Origin: Asterias rubens
Taxonomy: Eukaryota
Direction: 5' to 3'
NCBI RefSeq assembly: GCF_902459465.1
Contig: NC_047075.1
Location: forward strand, 4,402,001-4,466,000
DNA length: 64,000 bases
Notes under the pieces: model-generated
What the model was told of the DNA's origin: nothing
Database searches by the model: none
Seen by the model: the letters and a program-made list of their open reading frames with translations, nothing else
Shown: positions 12,446 through 24,906 of the stretch, piece by piece
Numbering within the stretch: the first letter of the stretch is position 1
How the letters are laid out: every line of letters starts with the position of its first letter
Made by a program: the position numbers and the translations under genes

Positions 12446-14479
12446 ATGGCGTTGTTTATCCGTTCGCTCTTGATCGTTCTGGTCGTGAAGTCTAAAGTTG
12501 TTCTACTGGTTGAAGCATCCAGCAATCAGAAGACGGATTCATGTGCTATACAAGTAGTAAGGTAGATGAGTTGAGGCTTATAGTAGAAAACTACCTAACT
12601 TCTGTTGACTCGGAGCGGAGAAACACACAGGATCTGGTGAAAGAGCTCAAAGTTTTAATGGCCAATAATATACGGAAGGTAGATCACCTGCAGTTTGCAC
12701 TGTCGGCCAACCAAGAAAAGTTAAGTGAAGCCCTGAGGGACACAACACTTCAGTTAGAAAAGACGAGAAGTCAAATGGGAGTCATGGCACATGAAATGGA
12801 AATGCTTGAGGAGTCATTATGGGGTGCTGCGTTAACGCAACGCCTAAAATAATGGTATGTTTTGTTTGTTTGCAACCGTGTAAGTGGTCAGACTTTTAAC
12901 TGGAACACGAACACAAATCACCACATTATTTATATTTTAAGATATGGTTGTTGTTTTTTTGCAACTATAAGGCCTAACTTTACTCGTAGGCCTACACACA
13001 AATTGGAACACACAATTCGTTATTTTATTGAGGGGCTGTATAGTAATAGTGTTTCTCATATCAACCTTGTCTTATTGTCTGTTTCCATACCATACTAAAA
13101 TAATCATCTCGATTTTAATCATAAGGATCCACAAGTTGTTCCGACATTCTCGCAAGAGGTGGGACACGCAGTGGCGTTTACACCGCGAAGCCAGACCGCG
13201 GTACGGCATTCAAGGTTTACTGCTCATGGAAACAGAACTCGGAGGTTAGACGGTAAGAAAACACGCACTCCAACTTTTCATGTGCATAGCAATAATGTTA
13301 TTGCAAAAACTAGCCATTCAAAAACATAATAATTATGGCATTCTCCGATAGGTTTTTCAGCGGCGCCAGGACGGCAGTGTTGATTTCTTTTTGGACTTTG
13401 CCAAATACAGCCAGGGCTTTGGGAATCTAGAGGGAGAGTTTTGGCTCGGCAACGAAAACTTGCACCGTCTGACTGCTCAGGGCGAGTACGAACTCCGGGT
13501 AGATCTCACAGGCTTCGAAGGCAGTACCTGGTATGCCGTTTACGAATCGTTCAGCATCGCCGATGTAAGCGACAACTTCAGGCTGTCTTTGGGAAACTAT
13601 GGAGGAGGAACCGCAGGTAAAACGTTAAAGGTGGTGACTCCATACCTAATGCAAAACAAATTTAAACTCTGCTCATTGCGGAAGTGTATATTATAGGACA
13701 TACCGGAAGAAAAACAATCGGGCTCCACTATTCCGCCTTGGCGGAATAGCATTCCGCAGAAAAGTATTCCGTCCAGGCGGATTACTATATTCCGCCAAGG
13801 CGGATTACTATTCCGCCCGGGCGGATTACTATTTTGCCCGGGCGGATAACTATTTCGCCCGGGCGGATTACTATTCCGCCCGGGCGGATTACTATTTCGC
13901 CCAGGCGGATTACTATTTCGCCCGGGCGGATTACTATTTCGCCTGGGTGGAATCTGCCCGGGCGGAATACAAATCTGCCCGGGCGGATTAACAGTGAAAT
14001 AAGGATGTCTGTTGGTATGTGTTTACATTCGTTTTGGTAATCCGCCGGACGGAATAGTATGATCCGCCAGGGTGAATTAGAAATCCACCCGGGCGGAATG
14101 GTAATCCGTCCGGCCGAAATAGTATTCCGCCCAGGCGGAATGGTGCGGAATAGTAATCCACCCGGCGGGCGGAATGGTGGGGCCCGATTTGTTTGAGCAG
14201 AAAAAAAAATGACCAGTGTGTTATTTTTCAGGTGACTTGTTAACCCGCCATAATAACCGAGCATTTTCGACCAAAGACCGAGACAACGATGGAGCGAGAC
14301 GCGGTAACTGTGCCGAGGAAAACAACGGCGCCTGGTGGTACGATGACTGCTGTGACTCCAATTTGAACGGGAGATACCTCAATGAGGGCACTACCGCTTG
14401 GGATGGACTTATATGGTATCGGTATTTGGGTTTCCAATCAGTCAAATTTACTGAGATGAAAATTAGAAGTAAAGTTTAG
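12446..14479 (+). pseudogene. Fibrinogen-related (FReD) gene with signal peptide and coiled coil (angiopoietin/ficolin-like layout), disrupted
   Basis: Exons 12446-12854, 13126-13252, 13352-13616, 14232-14479. Last two exons are intact FReD (VFQRRQDGSVDF, EFWLGNE, FSTKDRDND, GAWWY, CDSNLNG). Lesions: frameshift after the signal peptide (TAG 12563-12565), TAA 12850-12852 just before the donor, 1-nt loss in YC(D)MET, TGG>TAG at 13247-13249. Confidence 0.85.
13712..14194. mobile_element. Foldback/minisatellite MITE in the FReD pseudogene intron
   Basis: Imperfect 26-bp TIR aaacaatcgggctccactattccgcc. About ten 21-bp units (cccgggcggattactatt[t/c]cg) on the left and inverted units on the right. 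Confidence 0.75.
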
Positions 14480-14483
14480 TCAT

Positions 14484-14803
14484 TTTATGGACACGTTGCA
14501 TTGGATCGGACGGGTTGGTCTTTGAAAAGCGTTTGTAACCGGTTGTTATCAAAAGCATACGGTTAGAAAAGGGTTTTAAAAGTAGAATACAACGATCACC
14601 ACATTAATATTGGACTCCCATAAAATGGCCGACTGTGTTAGTCGACGAGGTAAAAAGGAAAACAACGCAATTTCGAGTGATACTTGTGTGGATCATTATT
14701 CTACTTTTAAAATATCTATCTAGCCATTTACATTTCATAACAAACGGTTTCAAACACTTTTCAAAGACCAAATCGACCGATCCAAGGCAACGTGTTCCTT
14801 TAA
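14484..14803. mobile_element. MITE family D (gaacacgttgccttggatcgg termini)
   Basis: Inverted ends acacgttgcattggatcgg / ccgatccaaggcaacgtgttcct|TTAA. Full copy at 62587-62976; right-end remnant near 45088-45180. Confidence 0.7.
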
Positions 14804-15971
14804 TGGGATATTTACTATCAACCTCTCCCCATTACTCGTTAATACCAAGTACGGTTTTATTTTGAGTAATTACCAATTATAGTGTCCACTGCCTTTAACA
14901 GAACGCATTGAATTCAGCATTGCAAAACGAGACAAGCTGGAAAAGCATACTAATCTTAATGGTATGCTCATGCGTTTATTTTTACTGTTTTTTTTCTGTA
15001 TAAACTACAATACACGACCGATGAACGGGGGTCAACTGATGAATAGGGGGTCTATACTATAAAGTAACTCCATGACAAAGTTATAAACACTATTGTTTTG
15101 TTATTTTCTAAAAGTGTCGAGAAATATTATGCCTACTGCTGTAATGCATGCTTTACACACATCGAGTATAATAATTTATGTAAAACCAAACTAATATTCT
15201 TTATTTCCGATGCAAAATTTAACATCTACTAAAAACATAGATCTACATTAGATGCGATAACGTAACCCTCCTCCCGACGGGTACGCCGTCAGCAGGGTTA
15301 AAATAGTCGAGTTGTTGGCTATTATTTTGATTCGCTCGTCCCCAGCGCCTTGCTTTAAAGACTGGCCGCTGGGGCCGAGCGAATTATTTTGATGGAAGTG
15401 CCGACGTACCGCAAGCGGGCGCTATTTTTTGTTTTCTTTGTAAGCGTTTGTCTACTGATGACAGGACAGGTGTAAATTGTATTGTACAGGCACAGCACAG
15501 ACCGCCTCGTAATCACCTGCACAGTAGCTGTACATTTTTGTAAGTTAAGTGAGCTTGGATTTTCCCGGAGTAAAGGCAAGCAATGTTATGAGAGGTATGT
15601 ATCATTTTGTATGGAGGCCTACTCCGGAAACAAATTTAAAATTGTCTTGGCACTGTACTGTACACACTGACTGTATTTTTTATTTTATTTTGTTTGTCCC
15701 GATATTTTTATTATTATTATTTAATATTATTACACTCACATTCACAATTTAATTGTCTCAGCTCTCCTAGACCTAGTCCTATAGTATGAAATGAAACGGG
15801 CCATGGGTCTCCTGTGTTTGCACAATCGTGTATTGTTGTACATCTATGATTTTTTATGATCTACCCGGTACTGTAATTCAATCATTCATACTAGTACGAA
15901 CATCATGAACCCATGAAGAAAAATGAACTGAGTGTCACTGTCAGAGTGGCTGTAGTGTATACATTTATTTT

Positions 15972-16353
15972 AGGCCCTTTTCAAAACCAAGGCTTCGGCT
16001 TTGAGTACGTTTTGGCGACCCCAACCGAACAAGGCGGTTATCGATTGATATGAACAGCATCTTCACCGCACCTCATAACCTAGTTAGTTGCGATAACGTA
16101 ACCCTCCTCCGCCGTCGGCAGGAGGTTTCTGTTATCGAAACTACTCATAACCGCACAAGCGAAAACTCTCAACCGATGACCAATGTTTCTTGGTTGGGGT
16201 TGCGGTTAAAACGCACTCTCCGTCCTCTCGTCTGAAGCCCTTTGCGCGTACGCAAAGCACGCGCAATTGTCAAAATGACGTTGTCAAAACAACCGTGGGG
16301 CCAAGCTAGTCTGAGCCGAAACCAAAGCCAAAGCCGTGGTTTCGAAAAGGGCT
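15972..16353. mobile_element. MITE with aggcccttttcaaaaccaaggcttcggctttg termini
   Basis: Imperfect inverted terminal repeat of about 30 bp (caaagccaaagccgtggtttcgaaaagggc). Confidence 0.6.
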
Positions 16354-16362
16354 TCTCATATA

Positions 16363-16428
16363 GTTGCGATAACGTAACCCTCCTCCCGACGGCCGCCAGG
16401 GTCGGGAGGAGGGTTACGTTATCGCAAC
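16363..16428. repeat. Perfect hairpin, 28-bp arms and 10-nt loop (collapsed TIR element)
   Basis: gttgcgataacgtaaccctcctcccgac-ggccgccagg-gtcgggaggagggttacgttatcgcaac; single arms also at about 15253 and 16087. Confidence 0.75.
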
Positions 16429-17658
16429 ACCTCTCATACAGTCTCAGTATCACCACTCAGCGTAGTGTACTGATACTGAGTGAGTTGGAGCTACTCGCTA
16501 ACTGCTAGTCTAAAATCAATGTGTGGTGAAGAGGTTTTAAACTAGTGTTTCTTGATAATTTTACCGAGACGAAGTTGGGGTAAATTATCAAGAACCACGC
16601 CTTGGCGGGTTTCAACCACTAGTTTAAAACCGATTCAACACACTTTAATTCCCATTCATAAAAACCATTCTGGTCAAAAAACATCAACACTTTTTGGTCA
16701 AAAAGTAAACAAAATGCAAAAATTATAATTTTCAATGATTTCTTTCAACACAACACCCGTCACGCTATGAAATGGTAAAGCCCTCCACTGCCCTCAGGTA
16801 AACAACTCCTTATAAGGGAATGCTGTGCGCGTCGCGCGTATCGCGTGATGTGGCACAACTGTCCCGGCGGGTGCTCTCGACCAATAGGAATGAAGAAACT
16901 GTCTTATAAGCACAGGTGCAAGCTCGCGTTTAGACGCCCATGTTTCAACACTTTATACTGGTGACATTATATCATCCGTTCAAACACGCCCACGTGATGC
17001 CCTCTCAACCAATCAGAATGGACAAAGTGTTTTAGGTATTTTTGAATAACCAATAAATGCTACCAGCTTCCCCAGCCAGTCTCCAAGTAGAAGAAAGTCA
17101 ATTAGCTAGGAGTTAATTACAAAAAAAATTTCTTGAAACCATGGCGTAAGGTTTATTAATTGTCAAAATATCAAGAGAGTGCGCTGACTAAACCCAACCC
17201 ACACCTAGATTTAGGTCATGCTTGTGCACGCCGTGCATGACAATTCATACAACGCGGCCGTCGAATGCCCGCCTCTGCCTACCAATAACACATTGCGGTT
17301 CTGAATCGCGATAAAGCTTATGCGGGCAACAATCTGTCTTGAAGTGTGGGGGATGAGAGGGAGGTGGGGGGGGGGGCACATATCCAAGGGTGGATTCATA
17401 CCAGATTAGTTTAGGGGGGACCAAACTGTCAAAAATGGAGCATGCAAGTGCGAAGCGCGAAGCTTACGGTGTGGGGTCCAGAGCCCGCTAAAAACTTAAA
17501 GGGCCCCGGGAAATTTTGCATTCTAGATGCTCTGTGGTGGAATCAAGTGCATCTTATAGCTATATTTAAGGAATTAAATTTTTGTTTCTTTGAAACACGT
17601 GTAGATAAAGCATGTTTTGTAACCGCAACAACACCAGAGAAAACAACACAAGCAATAC

Positions 17659-20600
17659 ATGTCTGCTGAGAGCTTCAAGCAACAACTTCAAAACCATCAA
17701 CTACTGGACAAAAACATGAATAGGGGGTTAGCTACAAGACATCATTTCCCTCTATGGCATCAGCTAAAGAGATCCAGATTCAAAGGCATCATTCTGGCCT
17801 TCATTGCGATTGCTTTAGTGTTGTGTTTTTTTTACCCGAGACTTTGGCGCATTAAATGGTGTTCATCCACGACACTGTTCAGTAAAGTATTCGTCAAGCA
17901 AAACCAGAACTTGACGTTGGTGATCTTACCGAAGGAATTAGCCGATGAGAAAGGAGCATACTGCCTAGACGGGGGTCCACCATCGTATTATATTCGTGAA
18001 GGTAAATATTTTTTAGGTTTGTGCAATAAAACAAAGGCCGTATACGAATTGGCGGCCACGGCTACGGCTACGGCTGGATCGCCGCGTCATCATGCATTGA
18101 AGTATAGGAGGCCCTTAGCAACTTCCCTGGCAACGGTCCTAGCGGCAGCCGTAGCCACCAATTCGGATACGGCCAAAGAACTAAAGAACGGTGCAATAGA
18201 CCTTAATCAGGGTGTGGCCATTTTGATTTTGCTGCATTCCAACTCATTGTAACCAAACTGAGGCTGGCATAAAATAATGCATGTAGTCAGGTGCCATGTT
18301 TGTGCAATGGATGTTAGCATTTATTGCAGTGGAAACAGGGAACATAACCAAGATGTGACAACTTGACCAAGGTTCAACCTCAAAGCTGACAGTCGGGGCC
18401 CAATTTCATGGCTCTGCTTACCGTAAGCACAGAATCGACGCTTACGGAAGCAGGGAATTCTGTGCTTACGGCAAGCGTATTTCACGGGTTAGCGGCGAAT
18501 TTTGGCTTCTGCGCGTGCGTACTCCACGTTTCTAGGCATTCTACGCTTACAAGGCTAGCGCAGAAATTCGGCGCTTGCATGTAAGCGGGGAATCGCGATC
18601 GTAAGCGCAGAATTCGGCAGTAAGCAGAGCCATGAAATTGGGCCCGGGTTGGTTCAGTGGGTTGGGTTTTCAGTCCCTACCTGTATTGTTTGCATTTCTA
18701 GGGTTTCCTCCCACATAAACAACAATTGAATTTCTTCATAATTCTATCTACACTGTAGGTATCTTCAGGCATACAGGTCATATATTGCTACAATGTAGTC
18801 CCTTTGAAGGGTCCATTGCTGGAATAATGTAACAGTGAGCCAATTTACGGGCAACTAGTTCCAGGCAATCTCCACGAAGAAAAGGCATTCACATTTGAAT
18901 GTTCACCTATTTCTCTTGTGGATCGTAAGACAATGTTTGAAAACTGACCTGTGTGCTACCTAAATGGTCATGTACAATGTAGTATGCACTATAGTTGGTT
19001 GCCTCCAAGTTGCCTGCAAAAGTTGCCTACGCTGACAAGGCCCGTATGAAACTTTTTTCGGTGCAAAACAATGTTTAATTTCATTCTCAGAAACAAAATA
19101 AAAAACAGTCAGAATAAATTGCAAGCTATAAACCTCAAGATATCTGTTAACTTGGTATGAGATCACGATAAGAAATGTTAAGTAGTACCTGAGGAAAACC
19201 CCAACATGAGAACTACATGTTCAATTACAAAAGTGAATGAAAACTAAACCAATCAAATAGACATGATGTCATTGGATTTCAACAACTACAATGTAACATT
19301 GGGTCCATACTTCCAAAGAGGAATATTTTCTCAGTCAAAGCGTCAAATTCAAGGACTTTTCGATGTACATAATTGAAAATCAGGAATGAACCAAAACATT
19401 GCTCTCAGAATGATGTACCGGTAATCGGATGAATTGGATGGTGACAGATTTTGCCCATCATGATAACGTAAAGGTTAGAGACTAAACAAATGTCAAACAT
19501 GAGGACTACAAAACTGTATTAAGACATTTTCTCACTCTTTGGTTTTAATTAATTTGCTTTATCTCCTCACAAAGAGGAAACTGTTATAAATTTTCATATT
19601 TTCAGGATTGCATATTCAAATACTATTATAATAATAATAATAATAACCTTACTTATAAAGCGCTTTTTACAAAAGCGATACAAAGCGCCAACGAAATACA
19701 AAAGGAACAAAACAAAAGATAAACTACATGCTTTTCAGACAAAACAATGCAGTTAACAACGATACAATCTAGAGTAACTTAGGATAGAGGTGGGTTTTTA
19801 ATTGGGATTTGAAGGAACTCAGGGAATTGGCTAAACGAACAGATTGAGGGAGACGATTCCAGCATTTTGGCCCAGTTGCAGCAAAAGCTTTAGATCCTAC
19901 ATTGGTACGTGATCGTGGGGCATTCAATACAACAGCTGAAGTGGATCTTAAATTATACAGAGACTGGCGGGTGTGGAGAAGGTTGCCCAGATAAGTTGGA
20001 GCTTGGTTAGAGAGTGATTTATATGTGAGTACTGCGTTCTTATATTCAATCCGTTGCAAAAATTATCCCCGTTTGTTTTCAGCCAAATCAAACTCTACGC
20101 GGCACTCATGGCTGGTGACACTTCAAGGTGGGGGCTGGTGTTGGAATGCTTCGGATTGTTACAATCGTAGCCTCAGTCCACTTGGCTCCTCCTACAAACT
20201 GCCAGCCCAGACTCCATTCTATGGCATCATGTCGGCCAATTACACAGTCAATCCGGAATTCTATGACTGGAATATGGTGATGATTAACTACTGTGATGGG
20301 GCATCCTTCTCAGGTATGCTTTTCGTTTTAAAGGAACATTTCAGAATTGGTTTTGCTAGCAAAGAAGTTGCTGTCAGTGTAAGCACTTTATGTAATCCAC
20401 CATATACATAAACTGACAAACCTGTAGAGGTTTGAGATCGATCGGCCATCTGCGTCACGAGAGAATAGTGAAAAAAACGATTACAAATTTTGCATTGCAT
20501 TGATGCCAAAACAAAAATGAATAAAACGCTCACTGAGCGATAAACTCCAAACGCGATATAAGATTATTTATTTCTCATTAAATATGAGATTACAGACAGA

Positions 20601-23586
20601 AATATTTCAAGGGATGTTTTCTACTATCATCATCATTAGACCATGTAAGTTTTACGTAAATCTGTGAGCTTCACAATTTTTGTTTCTTACCAATTCTGTA
20701 ACGTTCCTTTAAAAGACACTGGAACTGGACACCTTTGGTAATTGTCAGAGACCAGTCTCCCACTTGGCATATCTCAACATATGCACAAAATAACAAATTG
20801 GTTGTCGAAGTTGTGAGATAATAATGAAAGAAAAAAAAAACCTTGTCACACAAAGTTGTGTGCTTTCAGATGCTTAAATTCGAGACCTCAAAATCAAATT
20901 GAAATATTTTTGTGGAAAAATACTTTTTTTTCCTACGCTACTTCAGAGGGAGCTGTTTCTCACAATGTTTTTTATGATCAACAGCTCTCCATTGCTCTTT
21001 AACAAGTAAGTTTTATGGTAACAGTGATTACCAATAGTGTCATTTGTTATTTTAAATGGCTCGCTTGTTTTAATCCCATTAAAATGTGGACACAATAAAA
21101 CTAACGTCAAAAAATGTCATTACAAAAGTTGTGGCTGCTGAATGCCCCATAGCACCCTGAGAAAACCCTTATAGGGTGCTACATAATTGGGTCTCAGAAT
21201 TCCTAGCTTCAATAACCTATCTTGCTGTATAAAATGTAACATAGAGTTCTCTGTCCTTATTTTATGCATGTACTAATCGCCTTGTTGGTACGTGCGCTAT
21301 TAACTAGACTGAACAATATTATCATTGTTACTATTAATATAGGAAAACTCCTTCATAGAATTTCAGACTGGAGGATTGAGAACACAGTCAAGACTGACTC
21401 TGACTAGCGCCCTCATGCGGCCAAAAATACGGTCACAGGTTTTTGGATGGTTAAGAGTGCACTCTAGTTTTCTTTGGTTTCCAACTGTTTCTTGTTTTCT
21501 TTTTTTGTCACCTGCAGGTAATTTGGAAGCACCTGTCAGATACAACAACACCGCCGTCTACTACCGTGGGGCTCGAGTGCTGAAACTAGTCATGGCCTAC
21601 CTGATTAACACGACAGGGTTACGAGTGGCTAAAAAAGTGATACTAAGCGGTGTTTCAGGTAAGCACATAATAAGTAATAATATTAAAAAGCATTTACAAA
21701 GCGCCAAAAATCTGCCTAAAAAGATGCTGAAGATGCTTAATACTTGGTTAATTACAATTATTATAATAATAGTACCTTGTAATTTGTATCTTTCTCTCAT
21801 TGTATTTTGTTGTTCTCTTTATGCGCTTAGAGGCTTTTTGCATAATTAGCCATTTTACAAAATGTCTTTATTATTATCATAAATAGTGGCTACTCATATA
21901 GCGCTCAAATTCATCACGAACCAATCAGATAAGAGGAATCAATGAGGTATATAAAACAAAATATTACCACCAATAGGAAACCCTTACAATTTGTTTCCAT
22001 TTTAAACTCCAAAACCCATTTAAAAATGTTTAATTTACTTCTGTTCCCATGTACATGTACAGCCGGAGGCTTAGCAGTGTACCTACATGTGGACCAAATT
22101 GGTAGCATGTTCCCAGAGAAGGTAAACTTTCGTGGCATCGTAGACGGAGGTTTCTTCTTAGATGAGAAGAACATCTCTAATTATCTTCACTACCAAGCCC
22201 ACATGAGGCAAATCTTTGCCATGCAGTTAGTTGAAGGTAATAATGCTATTAATGCTAATAATGCTTTTACCTCATTTGTTTTGTTTGTCTGTTTTTGTTT
22301 TGTGTTTAATAATAATACTTGTAATAGCCAGTTTTTATATAAAGCACTTCCAACATTATTACGAAGAAGAGTAGGGGTTACATGTACACAGCAAGAACCT
22401 TTGAGGTCTCCCGAGGCTTGTGAGTTAATACAGTGACTAAGTTCACTTATGAGGCATGCTTGGTTTCATTTATATTATACACCATTCATAAATACCTCAG
22501 ACAGTTTCGATATTCCTATTGTAGGAGAGCGCATCACGTGGGTGTGTATAAACCTTTATTTATGACCGGTAAAAAGTGTTAATTTATGGGCGTGACACGT
22601 GACCTTGCACCTGTTCTTATAAGACAGTTTCTTCATTCCTATAGGTCGAGAGCAACACTTCGCCTCGGTAAAATTATCAAGAACCAGGCCTCGTTGGGAT
22701 TAAACCACTAGTTGAAAACCTCTTCACCACACATTGATTCCCTTAATAATACCTGCTCCACCGAGCTTAGCTCAGCTTTGTCCCGCCTTCAACCACCTTC
22801 AAGCAAAGCCTCCAAGACAGTACTTCAGCAGCATCTACATGTAGCAACAGAGTCCAATATTCTCCTGAAGATGATCAGAGCATACTGATCAAAAAGTTGA
22901 GTTGTCAACCACCGGTTCTTTTCAGAACCAACACTACTCAAAAGATGGTTCTACCCCAAACCTCAGCTAATAATGATACAATGAATATAATAATAAAAAT
23001 ACGACTAAAAGACTAAATTCCTTTTCATTATTTTACAGACAGCCTAAACAGGGGTTGTCTCTTTGCCGAAGGAATCGACGAATGGAAATGCTTCTTTGCC
23101 GAGTACACGTACCCCTACATCAAAACTCCCCTCTTCATCATCAACTCAGCCTATGATTACTGGCAGCAGTGGTTCATCTTAGATCTCCGTTGCCATCCGC
23201 TCCAATGTCCAGACAAACTCAAATACCTCAAGAGGCATCACACAATATTCCTCCAAGAGATTCAGCGCGTGTACCATCACCCGAATGATGGGATGTTCAT
23301 CAGTTCTTGCTACGCGCATAGCCACGCTTTTCACGACTCGACGTGGACCTCGTATAAAGTTGGCGGGAAATCTGCCAGGGAAGCTGTCGGAGATTGGTAC
23401 TTTGGTCGGACGCCCCCGGAGAGGTCCAGGTACACTGACTGTAACACGAAGTACAACTGTAACCCAACGTGTGCAAACTCATGGACTGTAGAGTTTTACA
23501 AGAACACCACGGATCGCATGAAGAACACAACGTCAGATTTTTTCTACAGCCCTCACAAAAGTGATCATCTTTATGTGAAGAAGTAA
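17659..23586 (+). CDS. Pectin acetylesterase/Notum-family hydrolase, paralog 2 (5 exons, about 478 aa, N-terminal hydrophobic anchor)
   Basis: Exons 17659-18001, 20083-20313, 21518-21658, 22063-22236, 23039-23586 total 1437 nt in one frame. Motifs: AYCLDGGPPSYY, WLVTLQGGGWC, NPEFYDWN, YCDGASFSG, GVSAGG, NSAYDYW, SCYAH. Hydrophobic stretch GIILAFIAIALVLCFFYP. Start codon uncertain (17659 or a later ATG). Confidence 0.9.
18036..18174. mobile_element. Short MITE (139 bp), possible AAA target duplication
   Basis: ggccgtatacgaattggcggccacggct / agccgtagccaccaattcggatacggcc, 3 mismatches in 28 bp. Confidence 0.65.
18396..18645. mobile_element. MITE with GGGCCCAATTTCAT termini, in PAE2 intron 1
   Basis: Perfect 26-bp TIR gggcccaatttcatggctctgcttac. 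Confidence 0.78.
19625..20058 (-). mobile_element. 5'-truncated L2/CR1-clade LINE 3' end
   Basis: QRIEYKNAVLTYKSL...APTYL...LRS...AFAATGPKCWNRLP...FKSQLKTHL is the typical ORF2 C-terminus, followed by a gcgc stem and (TTA)n tail. Confidence 0.85.
20328..20712. mobile_element. TTAA-flanked MITE, family C, in PAE2 intron 2
   Basis: Near-identical to 8161-8546; starts 14 nt after the exon-2 donor and abuts a family-B element. Confidence 0.82.
22862..22901 (+). ncRNA. Degraded hammerhead-like motif in PAE2 intron 4
   Basis: ctc-CTGAAGA-t-GATCAG-agcata-CTGATC-aaaaa-GTT-gag. Confidence 0.35.
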
Positions 23587-24906
23587 TGGGAGACAGCTAG
23601 GGATGCTACAAACCCGGCCATATCTCGTTGCCCCCCCCCCCTTTCAATGTTGGTTCTGATTGCACGGTCTTCTGCGTTCCAGTCAACATTGAGCAGGGGT
23701 CGGGGGAGAGAATGATTATCGTCAGTGGGAAGTGTACAGGGAATGGTTTTCTGTTACGTTAGGAATGGTTTGCCCAAGCATTTTGGCCGGGATTGTAGGT
23801 GGCGATAGACTTGAGCTGCATCTGAAGTGGCTGCTTCTTCTTTCCAGTCCATCATCTACTCTTCTAATGTTTGGACAGGATTGGGCGCATCTCACAGCCT
23901 TCTTGTTTGCCGCATCAGGTCTTCAAGTCAGCACTGCTCCTCAAGGGCTGGGCATCATGGTGTGGCATAGTTTGGAGTGACGTGCCACAATCACACAGTG
24001 TCATTGGTATACCCCCATTGTTCATGTTTGTCGTACAACGTCCATCCCCTGTACGTAGTCTATTGAAGGACTTCCAAGACTAGTTAAAACTAGCAAATTG
24101 AAGAAAACATTATTTGAAGTTAAATATTTTTAAAACACCGTTGTCTTTCAAAATTTCATAGGTTTTTCAAAGATTTCTTTTAGTGGACACTTAAATTAGT
24201 ATGAACTTAATAAATACACCGCTTTTCAATGCTTTAAAATTGATATAAAACAGCATATTTTTAAACATTACAGTAAGAAAAGTGTTATTGTTATAAACAA
24301 CTCTTGTATACACATTAAAGTAAGGAACTTGTTGGTTAAAGCAAAATGAAAACAAAACCAAAGAAAAACATTCCAATTTCATTGTATGCACTATGTGTGT
24401 GTGTCACTTCTTAAAAATGCATCAACTCACTGGTTCAAGAATTCACTCATCTTCTGGCGTCTACAAAACCAATGAATACGCCCTTTTTTACAAGTTGTGT
24501 TTGTAATTTCTATGTAACTCGTTTTTTTCAATTAATACACCAAAAGCACTGCATAATCAGTACTTCCTGCGAGTTTGGTGAAAAATAAACATGTCACTCT
24601 TCTTAACTCGCGATACCATTATAAATCAATACTTAAAACTATCGTACCTAGTCGTTCAACATGGTTCTCGTTATGATTACGGGTTGATGTGTGTGAAGGA
24701 AATCGTCATTAAATTGATTCAGATTTTTTTTTTTGCAATTTATCCCCTAGAAGTGCTTTCATACAAATTTTCTCGTAATATTTTTTTACCTGTTTGTAAA
24801 TATTTTGTTGCACTGTTCTTTTTTTGTTATCATTTTTAATGATTGCAGCTGTTCTGTTGTCTAATGCTAATGAAACATTTCTTGTCCATCATAAGGTAAC
24901 ATTTTA

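Noticed and set aside
12541-12852. Stand-alone 103-aa coiled-coil gene
   Set aside because: It is the frameshifted remainder of exon 1 of the FReD pseudogene.
13785-14264. ORFs of 159 aa (-) and 68 aa (+) with IVIRPG / RITISPG repeats
   Set aside because: They are translations of the 21-bp minisatellite inside an intronic foldback element.
18002-18252. C-terminal extension of ORF 17659-18252 (ATATATAG...)
   Set aside because: It is read-through past the G|gtaaat donor at 18001 into intron and MITE sequence.
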